Shown: in pieces, positions 28,930 through 40,062 of the stretch
How positions within the stretch are numbered: position 1 is the stretch's first letter
Layout: every line of letters begins with the position of its first letter
Source of the DNA: a virus
Lineage: Duplodnaviria > Caudoviricetes
Reading direction: 5' to 3' (one strand)
Length of the DNA: 64,000 bases
IMG/VR virus record: IMGVR_UViG_2531839301_000007
Span: 1-64,000 of that record
Translations under genes and position numbers: made by a program
The notes under the pieces: generated by a model
What the model saw: the letters and a program-made list of their open reading frames with translations, nothing else
Told to the model about the DNA's origin: nothing
Databases searched by the model: none

Positions 28930-30096
28930 ATGGAAGTTAGAGATAGAGAATTTTATGATTTGATTGCCCGTGGGCTTGAAAACAATGGTATTTCTTTTCA
29001 GGATTACATTGACGAAATGTTTGCTGAAAAGTATAATAAGCCCGAAACTCCCGGATTTGATTGGGAACCGGATATGCAGGATGATTTTGAGTTTAAGCAA
29101 ATCTCCGCAACTGCTCGTGTATATACGATGGCAACGTATGTTGATTTCGACTCTCCCGGTCCGGTTAAGCACACAGAAGGCTTCGAGCTTGGTAGTGACA
29201 AGATGCCTCGTATGAAGCATGAGTTCAATATTGACGAAGCTAAAATCCGCTTGCACATGCAAGCATTGCAACAGTTCGGGGTGTTCTCTGAACGTATGGC
29301 ACAAAGTGTTGAAAACTTGCTGTTTGAAAGCACTGATATGTTGCTCGGTGGTAACTACAACTCTTTGAAGTTCCAACGCCATCAAGCCGTATCTAAAGGT
29401 CAGTTTGATATTATCGCGGAAAACAACCCGCAAGGTATTACAGGTGTCAGCATTGATTTCCATGTACCCGGCAAGAACCGTTGGGAAATTGCTTGGTGGA
29501 AGAAAGATGGTACTCTGAATGCGGATATCACACCATTGGAAGACCTGAAAAACAAGGTTACTTATATTCGTCAGACTTGCTATGCTCCGGTAGACCATAT
29601 CGAAGTAAACAAGATTACATGGGACAAGTTCATTATGATTCCGGCTGTAAGACAGGCTCTCGGATACATCAAGAATCCGTTGGTTACTACTGCTGATGCT
29701 GCCGTACAAATTGGCGTGAGCTTGCTGGATGATGAAATGAAGGTCTTGGTAGAGAAGTATGTTGGTGCTCCTATTACCATTATTGATAGTGTTTCCGTTG
29801 TAGAGAAGTTCGACAAGAAAACTCGCACGGTTTCTACTCCGACATTGCAGAGTTTCGATGAAAATGTATTTGTTTTCGTTCCTTCTTCTCGTATCGGTAC
29901 GATCAAGGCGGTAACTCCAATCGTAATCAATGATCCGGCGGCTCGTATTGCTTTCTATGATGAAGGACGTACCGTAATCACACAGACTTTTGATGCCTAT
30001 AACAAGGTACAGAAGATTTCGAGTGAGCTTACAGCATTGTGCGTGCCGAATGTGGTGAGACAAATGTATTACCTGACTGTAAAGGCAAGTAAATAA
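28930..30096 (+). CDS. Major capsid protein (HK97 fold, lambda E-like)
   Basis: 388 aa; position; strongly biased codons. Confidence 0.85.
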   Translation: MEVRDREFYDLIARGLENNGISFQDYIDEMFAEKYNKPETPGFDWEPDMQDDFEFKQISATARVYTMATYVDFDSPGPVKHTEGFELGSDKMPRMKHEFNIDEAKIRLHMQALQQFGVFSERMAQSVENLLFESTDMLLGGNYNSLKFQRHQAVSKGQFDIIAENNPQGITGVSIDFHVPGKNRWEIAWWKKDGTLNADITPLEDLKNKVTYIRQTCYAPVDHIEVNKITWDKFIMIPAVRQALGYIKNPLVTTADAAVQIGVSLLDDEMKVLVEKYVGAPITIIDSVSVVEKFDKKTRTVSTPTLQSFDENVFVFVPSSRIGTIKAVTPIVINDPAARIAFYDEGRTVITQTFDAYNKVQKISSELTALCVPNVVRQMYYLTVKASK

Positions 30097-30476
30097 TGGC
30101 AGATACGGTTTCTCATATTGATATGCCGATTGAAGAATATTTAAGAGGTGTTGTTGGCTATCAAATAGCTGACAATGCCCTTAATTCCATTCTCTTCAAA
30201 CGGAAAATTGCAGCCGAAGCAATGGCAAGTTCGCTGACAGAAAAGCAACTTGACCTTTGTACTGCTGACCTTTATTTATGGTGTGCAGCTACTCCCAGTA
30301 CACAAAATAATACGGAGGACAGCGATGGCGGATGGAAGCACGTTGAAGGTGGCTGGCAGACTTCAGCTTTTGATAAGAGGGAGTTGCGGGCTATGGCAAA
30401 AGAGCTATATGAGAAATGGGGAGAGAACATGCCGGGTAAAAGTAAAATGAAAATAGTACACTTTGGTATAAGATGA
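30096..30476 (+). CDS. Head-tail adaptor
   Basis: Synteny after the capsid gene. Confidence 0.6.
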   Translation: MADTVSHIDMPIEEYLRGVVGYQIADNALNSILFKRKIAAEAMASSLTEKQLDLCTADLYLWCAATPSTQNNTEDSDGGWKHVEGGWQTSAFDKRELRAMAKELYEKWGENMPGKSKMKIVHFGIR

Positions 30477-30796
30477 AACCAAATAATCCACGATTCCCAC
30501 ACAAATGTACCATTTACCGGATGGAAGGTGAAACTTCGTTTTCGGAAGGTAAAAGAGATATTCTCTATGAAGGAGAGTGCCGGAAGTATGGTAATACTTC
30601 ACTCCGCACATTTAAAACAGAAAATGTGGTAAAGGCTGACTATGCGTTAAGTATTCCGGGGGTAATAGAAGGTATCAAAACGGGATATTTAATAGATGTG
30701 ACAGACCGCGTAGAAACTTTTACCGAATGTATGGTTGCAGACTGTTACCCCGGAAATTTGGGAACAACCGTCTATTTCAATCTTGCAAAAAACTGA
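30473..30796 (+). CDS. Head closure protein
   Basis: Synteny; beta-rich. Confidence 0.55.
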   Translation: MKPNNPRFPHKCTIYRMEGETSFSEGKRDILYEGECRKYGNTSLRTFKTENVVKADYALSIPGVIEGIKTGYLIDVTDRVETFTECMVADCYPGNLGTTVYFNLAKN

Positions 30797-30798
30797 TT

Positions 30799-31329
30799 AT
30801 GGATAATTCAAAGGCATTTGATGCAGGTATAAAAAAAGCAAGGCAGATTGTCAGCGGTTATGTATTTGACTGCTTGACAAAAGCCTGTGAAGAGCTTGCT
30901 GATGATGCTGTCAAGAATTATCGTTCTCCGATAGGGGCGTTTACCGGAAATACGATAACAAGCTATGCTTGCGGACTGTATATGGATGGAATTTTAAGCT
31001 ATTATTACAGTAATGGTGATAAGATGAAATCTCCCGTCCGGGCGAAGTTGGCTAAAGGTGAAACTGCTTTTTTAAACCCCGATTATGAAGGACGAAGCAG
31101 AAAGTTTACTGGTAAGACAGATACGGACAAAGGTTTTGGAGAAGGTTTCTCTTTCAAGTTTCTTTCCCAGTATAAGTCAAGGGTAAAAAAGGGATTCGAG
31201 ATAGTGGTGTGCAGTGGTACTGAATACTCCAGTTATATAGAAAATGTATGGCATGGAAATGTTTTGACTGACACATTTGAACGGGCACCTAAGATTCTGG
31301 CGAAAAATTTTAAACCGATGAAATTATGA
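30799..31329 (+). CDS. Neck / tail completion protein (HK97 gp10-like)
   Basis: FTGNTITS and EYSSYIE motifs; synteny. Confidence 0.55.
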   Translation: MDNSKAFDAGIKKARQIVSGYVFDCLTKACEELADDAVKNYRSPIGAFTGNTITSYACGLYMDGILSYYYSNGDKMKSPVRAKLAKGETAFLNPDYEGRSRKFTGKTDTDKGFGEGFSFKFLSQYKSRVKKGFEIVVCSGTEYSSYIENVWHGNVLTDTFERAPKILAKNFKPMKL

Positions 31330-31709
31330 GCATAAGGTTTGACAGAATGGGGATTTTGAAGAAGTTGGTTGATTCAATGGCTGATGTAAGCAATAATATA
31401 TTTGTTACAGACCGCCCAAGTGCCACAACAGAACAGATGAACAACTTTGTGGTTGTGGCTTTGACGGGTGCAATGAATGATAGAAATGCTTATGGTGATT
31501 CTCATATCAGAATAGATGTCTTTGCCAAAGACAGGACTGGCGGGATTGAAGCAACGGATAAGTTGGAAGAAATGCAGCTAAAGATTTTTGAGAAATTTCC
31601 AATGGTGAATGATAAGTTTACTACTTACAAACCGCGATTGATTGCAGGAGGTGATGATGGACTCGGATTTCATTATCTGATGATTACAGCAAAAATAGTA
31701 TTTACATAA
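31326..31709 (+). CDS. Tail terminator
   Basis: IRIDVFAK; position before the tail tube gene. Confidence 0.6.
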   Translation: MSIRFDRMGILKKLVDSMADVSNNIFVTDRPSATTEQMNNFVVVALTGAMNDRNAYGDSHIRIDVFAKDRTGGIEATDKLEEMQLKIFEKFPMVNDKFTTYKPRLIAGGDDGLGFHYLMITAKIVFT

Positions 31710-31739
31710 TAACATATAACACTTTAATAACACACAATT

Positions 31740-32315
31740 ATGGCGAAATTAAACATTACAACAGGACTTGCGGACTTGCAAAAACTGTTTAACAAGATGA
31801 AGGAGGTTTATTTTGTGGCAACACCAAACTCTGATTTGGCTACGCTGGATGCATTTGACATGGAACTTCCGGTTATTGATGATGGCATTAGCTTTAATAC
31901 CGGAGAACCCGATGTAACAACAGTAAAACTGACAACCGGAGAGAACTGGACTTCTTATGGTAAAGCTGGCGACCCTGACATTTCAATTCAGGTTGCTTCC
32001 ATTGCCGGAGTGGTGAATGATTTGCTTATGAACAAGCAGGGAGCAAAGAAAACTATGGCAAATGGTTTTGGAGAAACTGGTGCTGAAACTTATGAAGGAC
32101 AAGGTTATGACCTGAATCCGAAGAAGACAACCGGAGCTTTGTTTTTCCGTTCGGAAGACATGCAGAGTGCTATTTGGCTACCCAATGTGGAAATGTATTC
32201 AAACCTTGTTATTGAAACGGATAAACCTGCATATTTTAATATCAAGATTACACCGCTTGCAGGAAAAGATGGCGCAGCTATTGTCCCATTGACAAGAGTT
32301 GCTTCGGGGGGATAA
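31740..32315 (+). CDS. Major tail tube protein
   Basis: 191 aa; synteny; followed by a terminator. Confidence 0.75.
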   Translation: MAKLNITTGLADLQKLFNKMKEVYFVATPNSDLATLDAFDMELPVIDDGISFNTGEPDVTTVKLTTGENWTSYGKAGDPDISIQVASIAGVVNDLLMNKQGAKKTMANGFGETGAETYEGQGYDLNPKKTTGALFFRSEDMQSAIWLPNVEMYSNLVIETDKPAYFNIKITPLAGKDGAAIVPLTRVASGG

Positions 32316-32342
32316 ACTCGCAAAACTCAATATCATTTGTTT

Positions 32343-32381
32343 GGGGCGGTGAGCTTAGTGATTAAGCCGCCGCCTCTTTTT
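32343..32381 (+). terminator. Terminator after the tail tube gene
   Basis: GGGGCGG...CCGCCGCCTC followed by TTTTT. Confidence 0.7.
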
Positions 32382-32405
32382 GTTTAACAATTAACACAAA
32401 AAAAC

Positions 32406-32888
32406 ATGGAAATAAAAAAAATAGAACAACCATCTACTGACAGTGAACGACTACTGGACGACATCTTGGGTGACAGTGTAGAAATGGTATCATTGAGAAG
32501 TAAGAAGAAACAATATCCTGTTAGATGGATGAAGCCGGGGACTATGCGCAAACTGACTCATATCATACTGAAAAAAGGTAATGATAGCAAATTGAGTTGC
32601 ATGAGTGCTTCACTTATCATCCTGAATAACTTTTGGAAAATCAAATGCTTCTATCCGCTTCATTGGCGTTGGTTCTATTACATAAAGCAGTACACGGATG
32701 ATGAATTGTTTCCCATTATTGCTGCTGGTAAAAAAAAAGTTCCTCTGCAAACATACTTAATGAATATCACATTGCTGACCGAAATGAAGGATACGATAAT
32801 GATAATGAAGAAGGAGGAAGCGATTACTTCCCTTCAAGGACGCTCTACGGAGCCGGATGGGAAAGTGCAAAAGACCACAGTTGGATGA
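32406..32888 (+). CDS. Tail assembly chaperone G
   Basis: Between tail tube and tape measure; A9 slippery run at 32730-32738. Confidence 0.8.
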   Translation: MEIKKIEQPSTDSERLLDDILGDSVEMVSLRSKKKQYPVRWMKPGTMRKLTHIILKKGNDSKLSCMSASLIILNNFWKIKCFYPLHWRWFYYIKQYTDDELFPIIAAGKKKVPLQTYLMNITLLTEMKDTIMIMKKEEAITSLQGRSTEPDGKVQKTTVG

Positions 32889-33139
32889 TGCGACCACTCC
32901 TTTTGTTGGGTGGGCTGATATGCGTTCCGATGTATGGCTATAACTGGGTTATGACATTGGCACAACTGGAATTGATTGGCAATGACAAGCCTTTGTCCCT
33001 TCTGAAAAGGAACAATAAAAAAGATGGTAAACCTAAAGCTCCATCAGCAGAAAAAATACAGGAGGCATTAGATAGATATACAGAAAAAGCAAACATGCAT
33101 TTGGCGTTTAATCCGAATGAATACATAAACACGAAATAA
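32885..33139 (+). CDS. Tail assembly chaperone T segment (probably expressed as G-T by -1 frameshift)
   Basis: -1 frame is open from the slippery run into this ORF. Confidence 0.7.
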   Translation: MMRPLLLLGGLICVPMYGYNWVMTLAQLELIGNDKPLSLLKRNNKKDGKPKAPSAEKIQEALDRYTEKANMHLAFNPNEYINTK

Positions 33140-33142
33140 GAT

Positions 33143-36100
33143 ATGGCAGACCTTGGTAATTTACAATTTTCAATTCTCTACAAAGACGACCCGAAGCAAC
33201 TTGACAAGATAAAGGAAAGAGCTTTGAAGAAGTTACAGGATATGAATCTTGTAACTAAAGTCAGCGGTTCGATTAATAAGACTGATTTAGTTAAAAGCGT
33301 AAGGGAGGCTCTCGGAAGCGAGCAATTTAAAATTGGTGTAGTGGTTGATAAGGCGAGCACTGCAAAAGCGGTACGTGATGCTTTGGAGAAAGCCGGATTG
33401 AATACCAACTATTCGGCAAGTGACTTGCGGGCACAGCGAGCTTTGGAGATAAGACAACGTATGGCGGATAAGGCTATCATTGATGCAGAACGGTATAAAA
33501 AAGCAGCAGCGGATGCAAAATCAGCTTTAGAGAAGTTGTCTCAGGTTCAACAGAGAAATGCAAATGCCGCAAATAATCATGCACGGGCATCGCTTAATCT
33601 TGGTAACGGAATGAATGCTAATATCCGAATAGCTGGTGAATTAAAGAATCAGATGCTTGGTATATATTCTATTTATACAATAGAACGCTTTATTAGCAGC
33701 TTGGTACGAGTTCGTGGTGAATTTGATATGCAACTTATATCCTTGAAAGCTATTTTGCAATCAGGAGAAAAAGCTACAGAGTTATTTAATCAAATAAAAT
33801 CGCTATCAGTTATTTCCCCCTTCCAGTTTAAGGATTTGATTGGTTTTGCAAAACAACTATCCGCTTATCAAATACCGAATAGTGAATTATTTAATACCAC
33901 CAAACGTCTCGCTGATTTAAGTGCTGGCTTGGGGGTGGACATGAATCGTATAATTTTGGCATACGGTCAGGTAAGAAGTGCCGCTTTTCTTCGCGGTCAG
34001 GAACTTCGCCAATTTACAGAAGCCGGTATTCCGATGGTTGGAGCATTGGCTGATAAGTTTAGTAAATTGGAGAACCGTGTGGTATCTACCGGAGAAGTAT
34101 TTGATAAGATTAGCAAACGCCAAGTTCCGTTTGAAATGGTTAAGGAAGTAATGGAAGACCTTACGGATGAGGGGGGACGCTTCTATATGATGCAAGAAAA
34201 GCAATCAGAGAGTCTGCAAGGTAAAATTTCTAATCTACGTGATGCCTATGATATTATGCTAAATTCAATTGGTGAGGCTAATGATGGTATCTTAAAAGGC
34301 AGTGTAGATGCTTTGACTTCTTTAATGGAAAATTCGGACAAACTTATATCCATAATCGGTTCACTTGTTGTGACATACGGTGCATATCGAGCAATGGTTA
34401 TACTTAATAGCATTGCTTTGGGGAAAGAAACGCAGTCTGTTATAAGTGAAACTTTGGCGAATAAGGCAAAACGCGCGGATATGCTTACCATGGCAAGCAT
34501 GTATCGGACTTTAACCAAAGAAGAGCAAATAGCAATAAGCACACGTAAACAAATGACAACGGCAGATTGGAGGGCTGTTGCAAGTAGTGGTGCTCTGTCT
34601 AAAGAACACGCCTTACGTTTGGTCAGACTTGGCAAACTTACCGAGTTACAAGCGATGGAACTTACAAGTATATATGCAACTACAAATGCAGAAAGAGCTT
34701 TATATCAAAGTCAAGTTAAAAAAGCTCTTTCGATGCAGACAAACATACAGCTTGGGAAAAGAATGACGCAAGTTTTTGGAGCATTTGGGATTACATCAAA
34801 AGAATTGACTAAGACCGTTAATAGCTTAAAATTAGGTTTATGGGGAATGGCAAATGGCATTGGTAACGCATTTGTATCTTTGGTGTCACCCGCTAATATT
34901 GCCATGCTTGCGATTGGTGCTTTGATATATACTATTACAAACTATCAAAAAGAGCAACAAGAGTTAAGCAATAGGATTAAACAGACTGGGGATGCCATTA
35001 AAGATTCGTATGATGAACTTAATAAATTTTTAACTGATAATCCATTAAGCATTGCTTTTAATAATGGGAACGAAGGAATAAAAGCATTTATTGACAAGCT
35101 GAAAGAACAAGTGAAAGAAAATTCACCTATTGCTATTGAGATAATTGCAAAAGCGGATGGTATTGAAGATAATGTAGAACGATTGGATTTTCTTCGTAAA
35201 GCATTGGAAGATACGGCACAAGCGTATTTGGTAGCAAGTGATGCCAAAGATATTTTTGAGAATGCTAATGTTGCTACAGATGATTGGGGAATTGATGATA
35301 AATTAGATGAAAATTTGAATAATTATGCGGATGCTCTTCGCAAATTTAATTACGAATTGAGTTCTACTAAACGGGCTGATTTATTATCAAAACTTCCTGT
35401 CTTTGGGGAAAATACAAATGAAATAAGAAAGAACATAGAGACAATGCGTGATGCAGGTAAAAGTCTTCCTGAAATTTATGATTATTACTATAATATATTT
35501 GCGAAAAATGCTAAATGGAATGATGGTCCCATTACACATTCAATGGGGATAATAAATGGGTTAAAAAAAATATTGGAAGATACCAAGAAAGAAGTAGAGC
35601 ATGATTTTGATACGTTTTACAAAGATTTGGAAACTCAAATTGAGAATAAAGGTATTGATGTAAATTCTATTTTGGGAAAGACTTTTGTTGAACGCTTGAA
35701 AAAAGAATATTTCACTCAAAATAATGTGCAGCTATTGGGGCAGGAACTGTTTAATTTCAAACTTGACAGTAAACTATATAATCAGAGTGCGGCTGTTCTG
35801 AATGAAATAGTACGTTTAATGAAATTAAAGGGGAAAGAAGCAGTACGAGAGTTTTCGGATTCAGGAGTTTGGGGTGAAGGTATGAATAAAGCATTAAATT
35901 CAGCTATCACTGAAGTCAAAATGAAATTCCCTGAATTTAAAGATACCATTAATAAAACAATAAATAATCAAGAGTTTAAAATAAGTATAAAAACTGTTCT
36001 TCAAGTTCCTGATGAAACCGAAATTCAAAAATGGGCTAAGTCGGTTTATTTGTCTCAACGTGGACTCATTGAAGGGATAAGTGACCCGAAATTAATAAAT

Positions 36101-38917
36101 GATGCTATAAAGAACTTCAATATATCCGGTTTGAAACCGGGTAATGATACCAAGTCAGTTTTTGATATAATTGATAATCTTAAAAAAGAAGCGGATGATT
36201 ACAATGATAAAATAGATGAACTGACTAAAGTTTATGATTCCCAAAAGAGCGAAACTGTAAAGACAGAACTTGACGGATATATTAAACAAAGGGATGCTAT
36301 TATTAATCAACTTGCCGGATATGGATATGACTATGTACGAAAAGGCAAAAATGAAGAAAAAGACCCTGTACTTGAATTATTGAAAGAACGCTTTAAGCAA
36401 GTCAAAGATTTTATGTCTATGTACGAGAAGCTAAGTGATACTTATGGAAAGGCTGATGCTCTTCGCATGACAAAAGATAGTGGGCTTTTTGCATCTGATT
36501 TATTTAAAAACTCTACCACTGAAAGTATTACGGAGAATGTACAGAAAGAGATTGAGAAGATTATAAAAAGGTCAAGTAGTAAAACCAAAGATAGACGCTC
36601 TCTGACTGAAAGTGCATTATCATACAATATTGACTTGGGTGTAAAAGTTGATAAGGAGAATTTGCAGAAAGCTGTTACAGAAATTGGAAAGTACATATCT
36701 GACACAACAAAGAAATGGGATATATACAAGAATGCGCTCAACAGTACGAATAATGAAAAACTTGCCATGCAACTGGCTTTTGGCGGTAATGTAAGCTTCG
36801 GCAATGTGACAGACGAACTACAAGCCAAAATTCAGGAAATGATGCAGGGTGACAAACGAGTAAATATTGATTTTGCCACTCTTGTAGGAATGAATATCAA
36901 GGATATAGAGCAAAGTTTCGGGAAACCTCTTGCAAATCTTGTGAAAAGCTGGCAGGAAGAAACCGGTAAGTTGAAAGAGGAAACTGTAAAGAACTTCCTT
37001 GATATATTGAAACGTTCTGCTGACTTCGGAGAACAAATAGCTGCCATTGATGCGAAATTACAGAAGGATATTGCAGACTTGGAGAATAATAGTCAGAATT
37101 TAAGCAATGAAGATGTTGAAAGAAGGCGTAAGTTCCTGACGGATGAAGCTAATAAGGAAAAATCATCTGTAAGGTTTGAAGAATTTAAGCAAACTTCTGA
37201 TTGGGTTAAAGTCTTTGATGATTTAGATAGAGTTTCTACAAGTACACTCAATGAAATGATTGAAAAAATCAGTGAGTTTGCGCAACAAGCCGGATTGAGC
37301 GAGAAAGTGACTAAGCAGCTTGTAGAGGCTATGAGAAAGTTACGGGAAGAAAGCATTGATAGAAATCCATTTCAAGGTTTGTTAAATGCCATCAACAATC
37401 ATTCCAAATGGAACTTTGCAAAAGACAGACTTGGCAATAATGATTCTTTCACCTTTAAACGAGATGAAGGAGGCTTCAAAAAGGGACAAACTATTACCAA
37501 GAAGGACGTGGATAATGGTTTAGCTGAATCCAACGATGATATGGAGAAATCCGCTTTGGATATTGCAAACAAGTTTAAAGCCGTTGCCGATGCTGCTGAT
37601 ATGTTGGGGGGAATGTTCGAGAATTTGGGCGTAAATATGGATGGTTTCTTAGGGGGTATAACCGATATTCTTGGTGGTGCTGCCAGTGGGGCACAAGCTG
37701 GTGCTGGTATTGCAAGTGCACTGGGAGCAGCTGGTCCTTGGGGTGCTGCTGCTGGTGCTGCCGTAGGTATGCTTTCAGCCGTTTTTGCTTTGCATGATAA
37801 AAAGCAAGAAAAGATTATTAATGAGAGTAAACAACGTGTAAAAGAGTTGGAGAATCTTTATGATTTGATTGATAAGAAGTTAGAGTACTCATTAGGGAGT
37901 GGAGCCAGCGTAAAATTGCTTGATGCCGAGAATGACAAAATTCAACTGGATAAAGTTAATGCAAGAATAGACTCTATTCGTCGCAAAGATAAAATAAGCA
38001 TCTTTGATATTATGGCTTTATCGAAATATTCAAAAGAATCGGAGAAACTGCAAAAACGTGTCAAAGCATACAATGAAGGAGGTGCTTATGGTTATCAGCG
38101 TGCTTTGATGCAAGAGCAGATGTCAGAGCTTGAAAAACAGAGGCAGGCAGAGATTGATAAGAAAAAAACGGATGATGGCAAAGTTGCTGATTATGAAAAT
38201 CAGATTGCGGAACTAAAGCAGCAGATAAAGGATTTTGCCGAGGATGCTGCGGATTCTCTATACGGAATTAATCTGAAAGATTGGGCTTCACAGCTGGGGG
38301 ATGCCTTGTACGAAGCATGGCAAAAAGGGGAAGATGGTGCCGAAGCCTTCAAGAAGAAAGCAGCCGAAATTATGGGAGATGTAATGAACTCCGTATTGAA
38401 ACTTGCAATACTTGAACCAGCTATGAAGAATCTCCAAACCATGCTTTTCGGGGAAGACGGTCAAAGCGGTATGTTTGGTAAAGATTTCAAATTAGATAAT
38501 AGCGAACTCGAAAACATTGCTGATTATTTGATGGGTGTTAGCAGTAAGACTGATGATTATTACGATGCACTGGATAAGCTGAACGAGTATATGGAAAAGA
38601 AATATGGAGTCAGCATGAAAGAAGAAGCTGAAAGTTCCGGTTTGAGTAAAGGAATTGAAGGGGTAACTGAAGACACCGCAAATTTGCTCGCCTCATATTT
38701 GAATTCAGTTCGTTCTGATGTTGCGATGAAATTACAACTTGTGAGACAGATTGTAGATGAACATTTTCCTCGAATGAATTTGTTGGCAGAAGCTCAACTT
38801 ACAGAACTCAAAGCTATTTCTCGAAATACAGCAAGTAACGTAGTGTTGGTTACTGAAATTAGAGATATGCTCGGTGCGGCAAGACTTAGTAAAGACCGTG
38901 GTTTCTACTTAAAATGA
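33143..38917 (+). CDS. Tape measure protein (1924 aa)
   Basis: Tape_meas-like block (RIILAYGQV...ELRQFTEAGIP), helical, Gly/Ala TM-like patches. Confidence 0.93.
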   Translation: MADLGNLQFSILYKDDPKQLDKIKERALKKLQDMNLVTKVSGSINKTDLVKSVREALGSEQFKIGVVVDKASTAKAVRDALEKAGLNTNYSASDLRAQRALEIRQRMADKAIIDAERYKKAAADAKSALEKLSQVQQRNANAANNHARASLNLGNGMNANIRIAGELKNQMLGIYSIYTIERFISSLVRVRGEFDMQLISLKAILQSGEKATELFNQIKSLSVISPFQFKDLIGFAKQLSAYQIPNSELFNTTKRLADLSAGLGVDMNRIILAYGQVRSAAFLRGQELRQFTEAGIPMVGALADKFSKLENRVVSTGEVFDKISKRQVPFEMVKEVMEDLTDEGGRFYMMQEKQSESLQGKISNLRDAYDIMLNSIGEANDGILKGSVDALTSLMENSDKLISIIGSLVVTYGAYRAMVILNSIALGKETQSVISETLANKAKRADMLTMASMYRTLTKEEQIAISTRKQMTTADWRAVASSGALSKEHALRLVRLGKLTELQAMELTSIYATTNAERALYQSQVKKALSMQTNIQLGKRMTQVFGAFGITSKELTKTVNSLKLGLWGMANGIGNAFVSLVSPANIAMLAIGALIYTITNYQKEQQELSNRIKQTGDAIKDSYDELNKFLTDNPLSIAFNNGNEGIKAFIDKLKEQVKENSPIAIEIIAKADGIEDNVERLDFLRKALEDTAQAYLVASDAKDIFENANVATDDWGIDDKLDENLNNYADALRKFNYELSSTKRADLLSKLPVFGENTNEIRKNIETMRDAGKSLPEIYDYYYNIFAKNAKWNDGPITHSMGIINGLKKILEDTKKEVEHDFDTFYKDLETQIENKGIDVNSILGKTFVERLKKEYFTQNNVQLLGQELFNFKLDSKLYNQSAAVLNEIVRLMKLKGKEAVREFSDSGVWGEGMNKALNSAITEVKMKFPEFKDTINKTINNQEFKISIKTVLQVPDETEIQKWAKSVYLSQRGLIEGISDPKLINDAIKNFNISGLKPGNDTKSVFDIIDNLKKEADDYNDKIDELTKVYDSQKSETVKTELDGYIKQRDAIINQLAGYGYDYVRKGKNEEKDPVLELLKERFKQVKDFMSMYEKLSDTYGKADALRMTKDSGLFASDLFKNSTTESITENVQKEIEKIIKRSSSKTKDRRSLTESALSYNIDLGVKVDKENLQKAVTEIGKYISDTTKKWDIYKNALNSTNNEKLAMQLAFGGNVSFGNVTDELQAKIQEMMQGDKRVNIDFATLVGMNIKDIEQSFGKPLANLVKSWQEETGKLKEETVKNFLDILKRSADFGEQIAAIDAKLQKDIADLENNSQNLSNEDVERRRKFLTDEANKEKSSVRFEEFKQTSDWVKVFDDLDRVSTSTLNEMIEKISEFAQQAGLSEKVTKQLVEAMRKLREESIDRNPFQGLLNAINNHSKWNFAKDRLGNNDSFTFKRDEGGFKKGQTITKKDVDNGLAESNDDMEKSALDIANKFKAVADAADMLGGMFENLGVNMDGFLGGITDILGGAASGAQAGAGIASALGAAGPWGAAAGAAVGMLSAVFALHDKKQEKIINESKQRVKELENLYDLIDKKLEYSLGSGASVKLLDAENDKIQLDKVNARIDSIRRKDKISIFDIMALSKYSKESEKLQKRVKAYNEGGAYGYQRALMQEQMSELEKQRQAEIDKKKTDDGKVADYENQIAELKQQIKDFAEDAADSLYGINLKDWASQLGDALYEAWQKGEDGAEAFKKKAAEIMGDVMNSVLKLAILEPAMKNLQTMLFGEDGQSGMFGKDFKLDNSELENIADYLMGVSSKTDDYYDALDKLNEYMEKKYGVSMKEEAESSGLSKGIEGVTEDTANLLASYLNSVRSDVAMKLQLVRQIVDEHFPRMNLLAEAQLTELKAISRNTASNVVLVTEIRDMLGAARLSKDRGFYLK

Positions 38918-39058
38918 TGATTGCTTCACAATAACCTACTTTAACACTGTTTTTACAGACTATACGAATGTACTATGGCGTATAGGCTATTTAATATTTG
39001 TTTTTACTAAAATTATAGTGGTAAATTATTCGTACTTGCACAGTCAAAAAACGCCTTG

Positions 39059-39177
39059 TATATTTGCACTGTATCAAGTAGGACTGATGCCCAAACATAC
39101 TGATTATCATTGCCTGATATAGGCTTTATAATATTAAAGAGCCGTGCCAAAAGTCCTACTTGGTGCGGTTCTTTTTT
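39059..39177 (+). promoter_or_regulatory. Promoter plus two-hairpin leader with complementary loops
   Basis: TATATTTG; GTATCA-AGTAGGAC-TGATGC hairpin; terminator-like hairpin with loop AAGTCCTAC. Confidence 0.55.
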
Positions 39178-39539
39178 GCGGTTCTATCAGTGCCAACCGT
39201 GCGGACTTATCACCCGTGAGATAAAATGGCTCTTCAGTCGATTAAGACGCTTGTTTAACCCTGCTCCGTTCCACGCACTAACGACAGGTGACTCACAAAG
39301 GATTACCACTTTTGACAAGCGAACGAAATTATCATTCAAGCAAAGAAGCTTGGGTAGTGAGGCGGAAGTGCTTAATTCGGCTTGATTTTCTTGATTTTTC
39401 AGATAAACGAATTAAATAAATAGTTTATTGATAAAATGCATAAATGTTATGTAATGATTAATCAAGAAGATAACTCTCTTACCTCTGTTGATATATAGGT
39501 AGTGAGAGATAAGGTGCGATATATAATTAAGTAAGCTAT

Positions 39540-40040
39540 ATGGATAAATTAAACAATGAATTAAAAAAACAAGCTATCGCCTACGGCTTATGCGAGCAAT
39601 GGACGAACGATTGGAGTGAGAGCCACAACAAACAAGAATTGATTGATATGTGGCTCCGGGGGATTGACTTTGCAGTTGAAAACGATTATCCCACTAATGA
39701 ATTTATCAAAGAGCATTTTGAACCGGAACTTCTGAAAGAGAACCATATCTTTGTTGATAGTCCTTTTAATGGTGTCAATCTCGACAAAAAGGTGGTAGTA
39801 TGTGGCAAAAGTGATGGTGTGTTGGAGTTTGACAAGTTCTCGACATGTGATATTTATATACGCCATGAATGTCATGCGCATATACGCGCTTCGGGATGCT
39901 CGAAAATTTTCATCAATTTGTATGACGGTGCAAATATAACTATCAAGCAAATGGAAGCTGCAAAGGTGTATGTTTATCTTCATGGTTCTAATTGCCATGT
40001 GAAGTATGAGGGAGAAGTCTTTGTAAGAAATAGTAGATAA
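39540..40040 (+). CDS. Phage hypothetical protein
   Basis: 166-aa ORF. Confidence 0.7.
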   Translation: MDKLNNELKKQAIAYGLCEQWTNDWSESHNKQELIDMWLRGIDFAVENDYPTNEFIKEHFEPELLKENHIFVDSPFNGVNLDKKVVVCGKSDGVLEFDKFSTCDIYIRHECHAHIRASGCSKIFINLYDGANITIKQMEAAKVYVYLHGSNCHVKYEGEVFVRNSR

Positions 40041-40062
40041 TCAATTTTAAAAAAAGCGATAT

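Noticed and set aside
28906-30063. 385-aa antisense ORF
   Set aside because: Exact shadow of the codon-biased capsid gene, with no protein-like features.
39110-39385. 91-aa ORF (possible Ash/Icd-like)
   Set aside because: Non-ATG start and it overlaps the structured leader; not supportable as a CDS without homology data.
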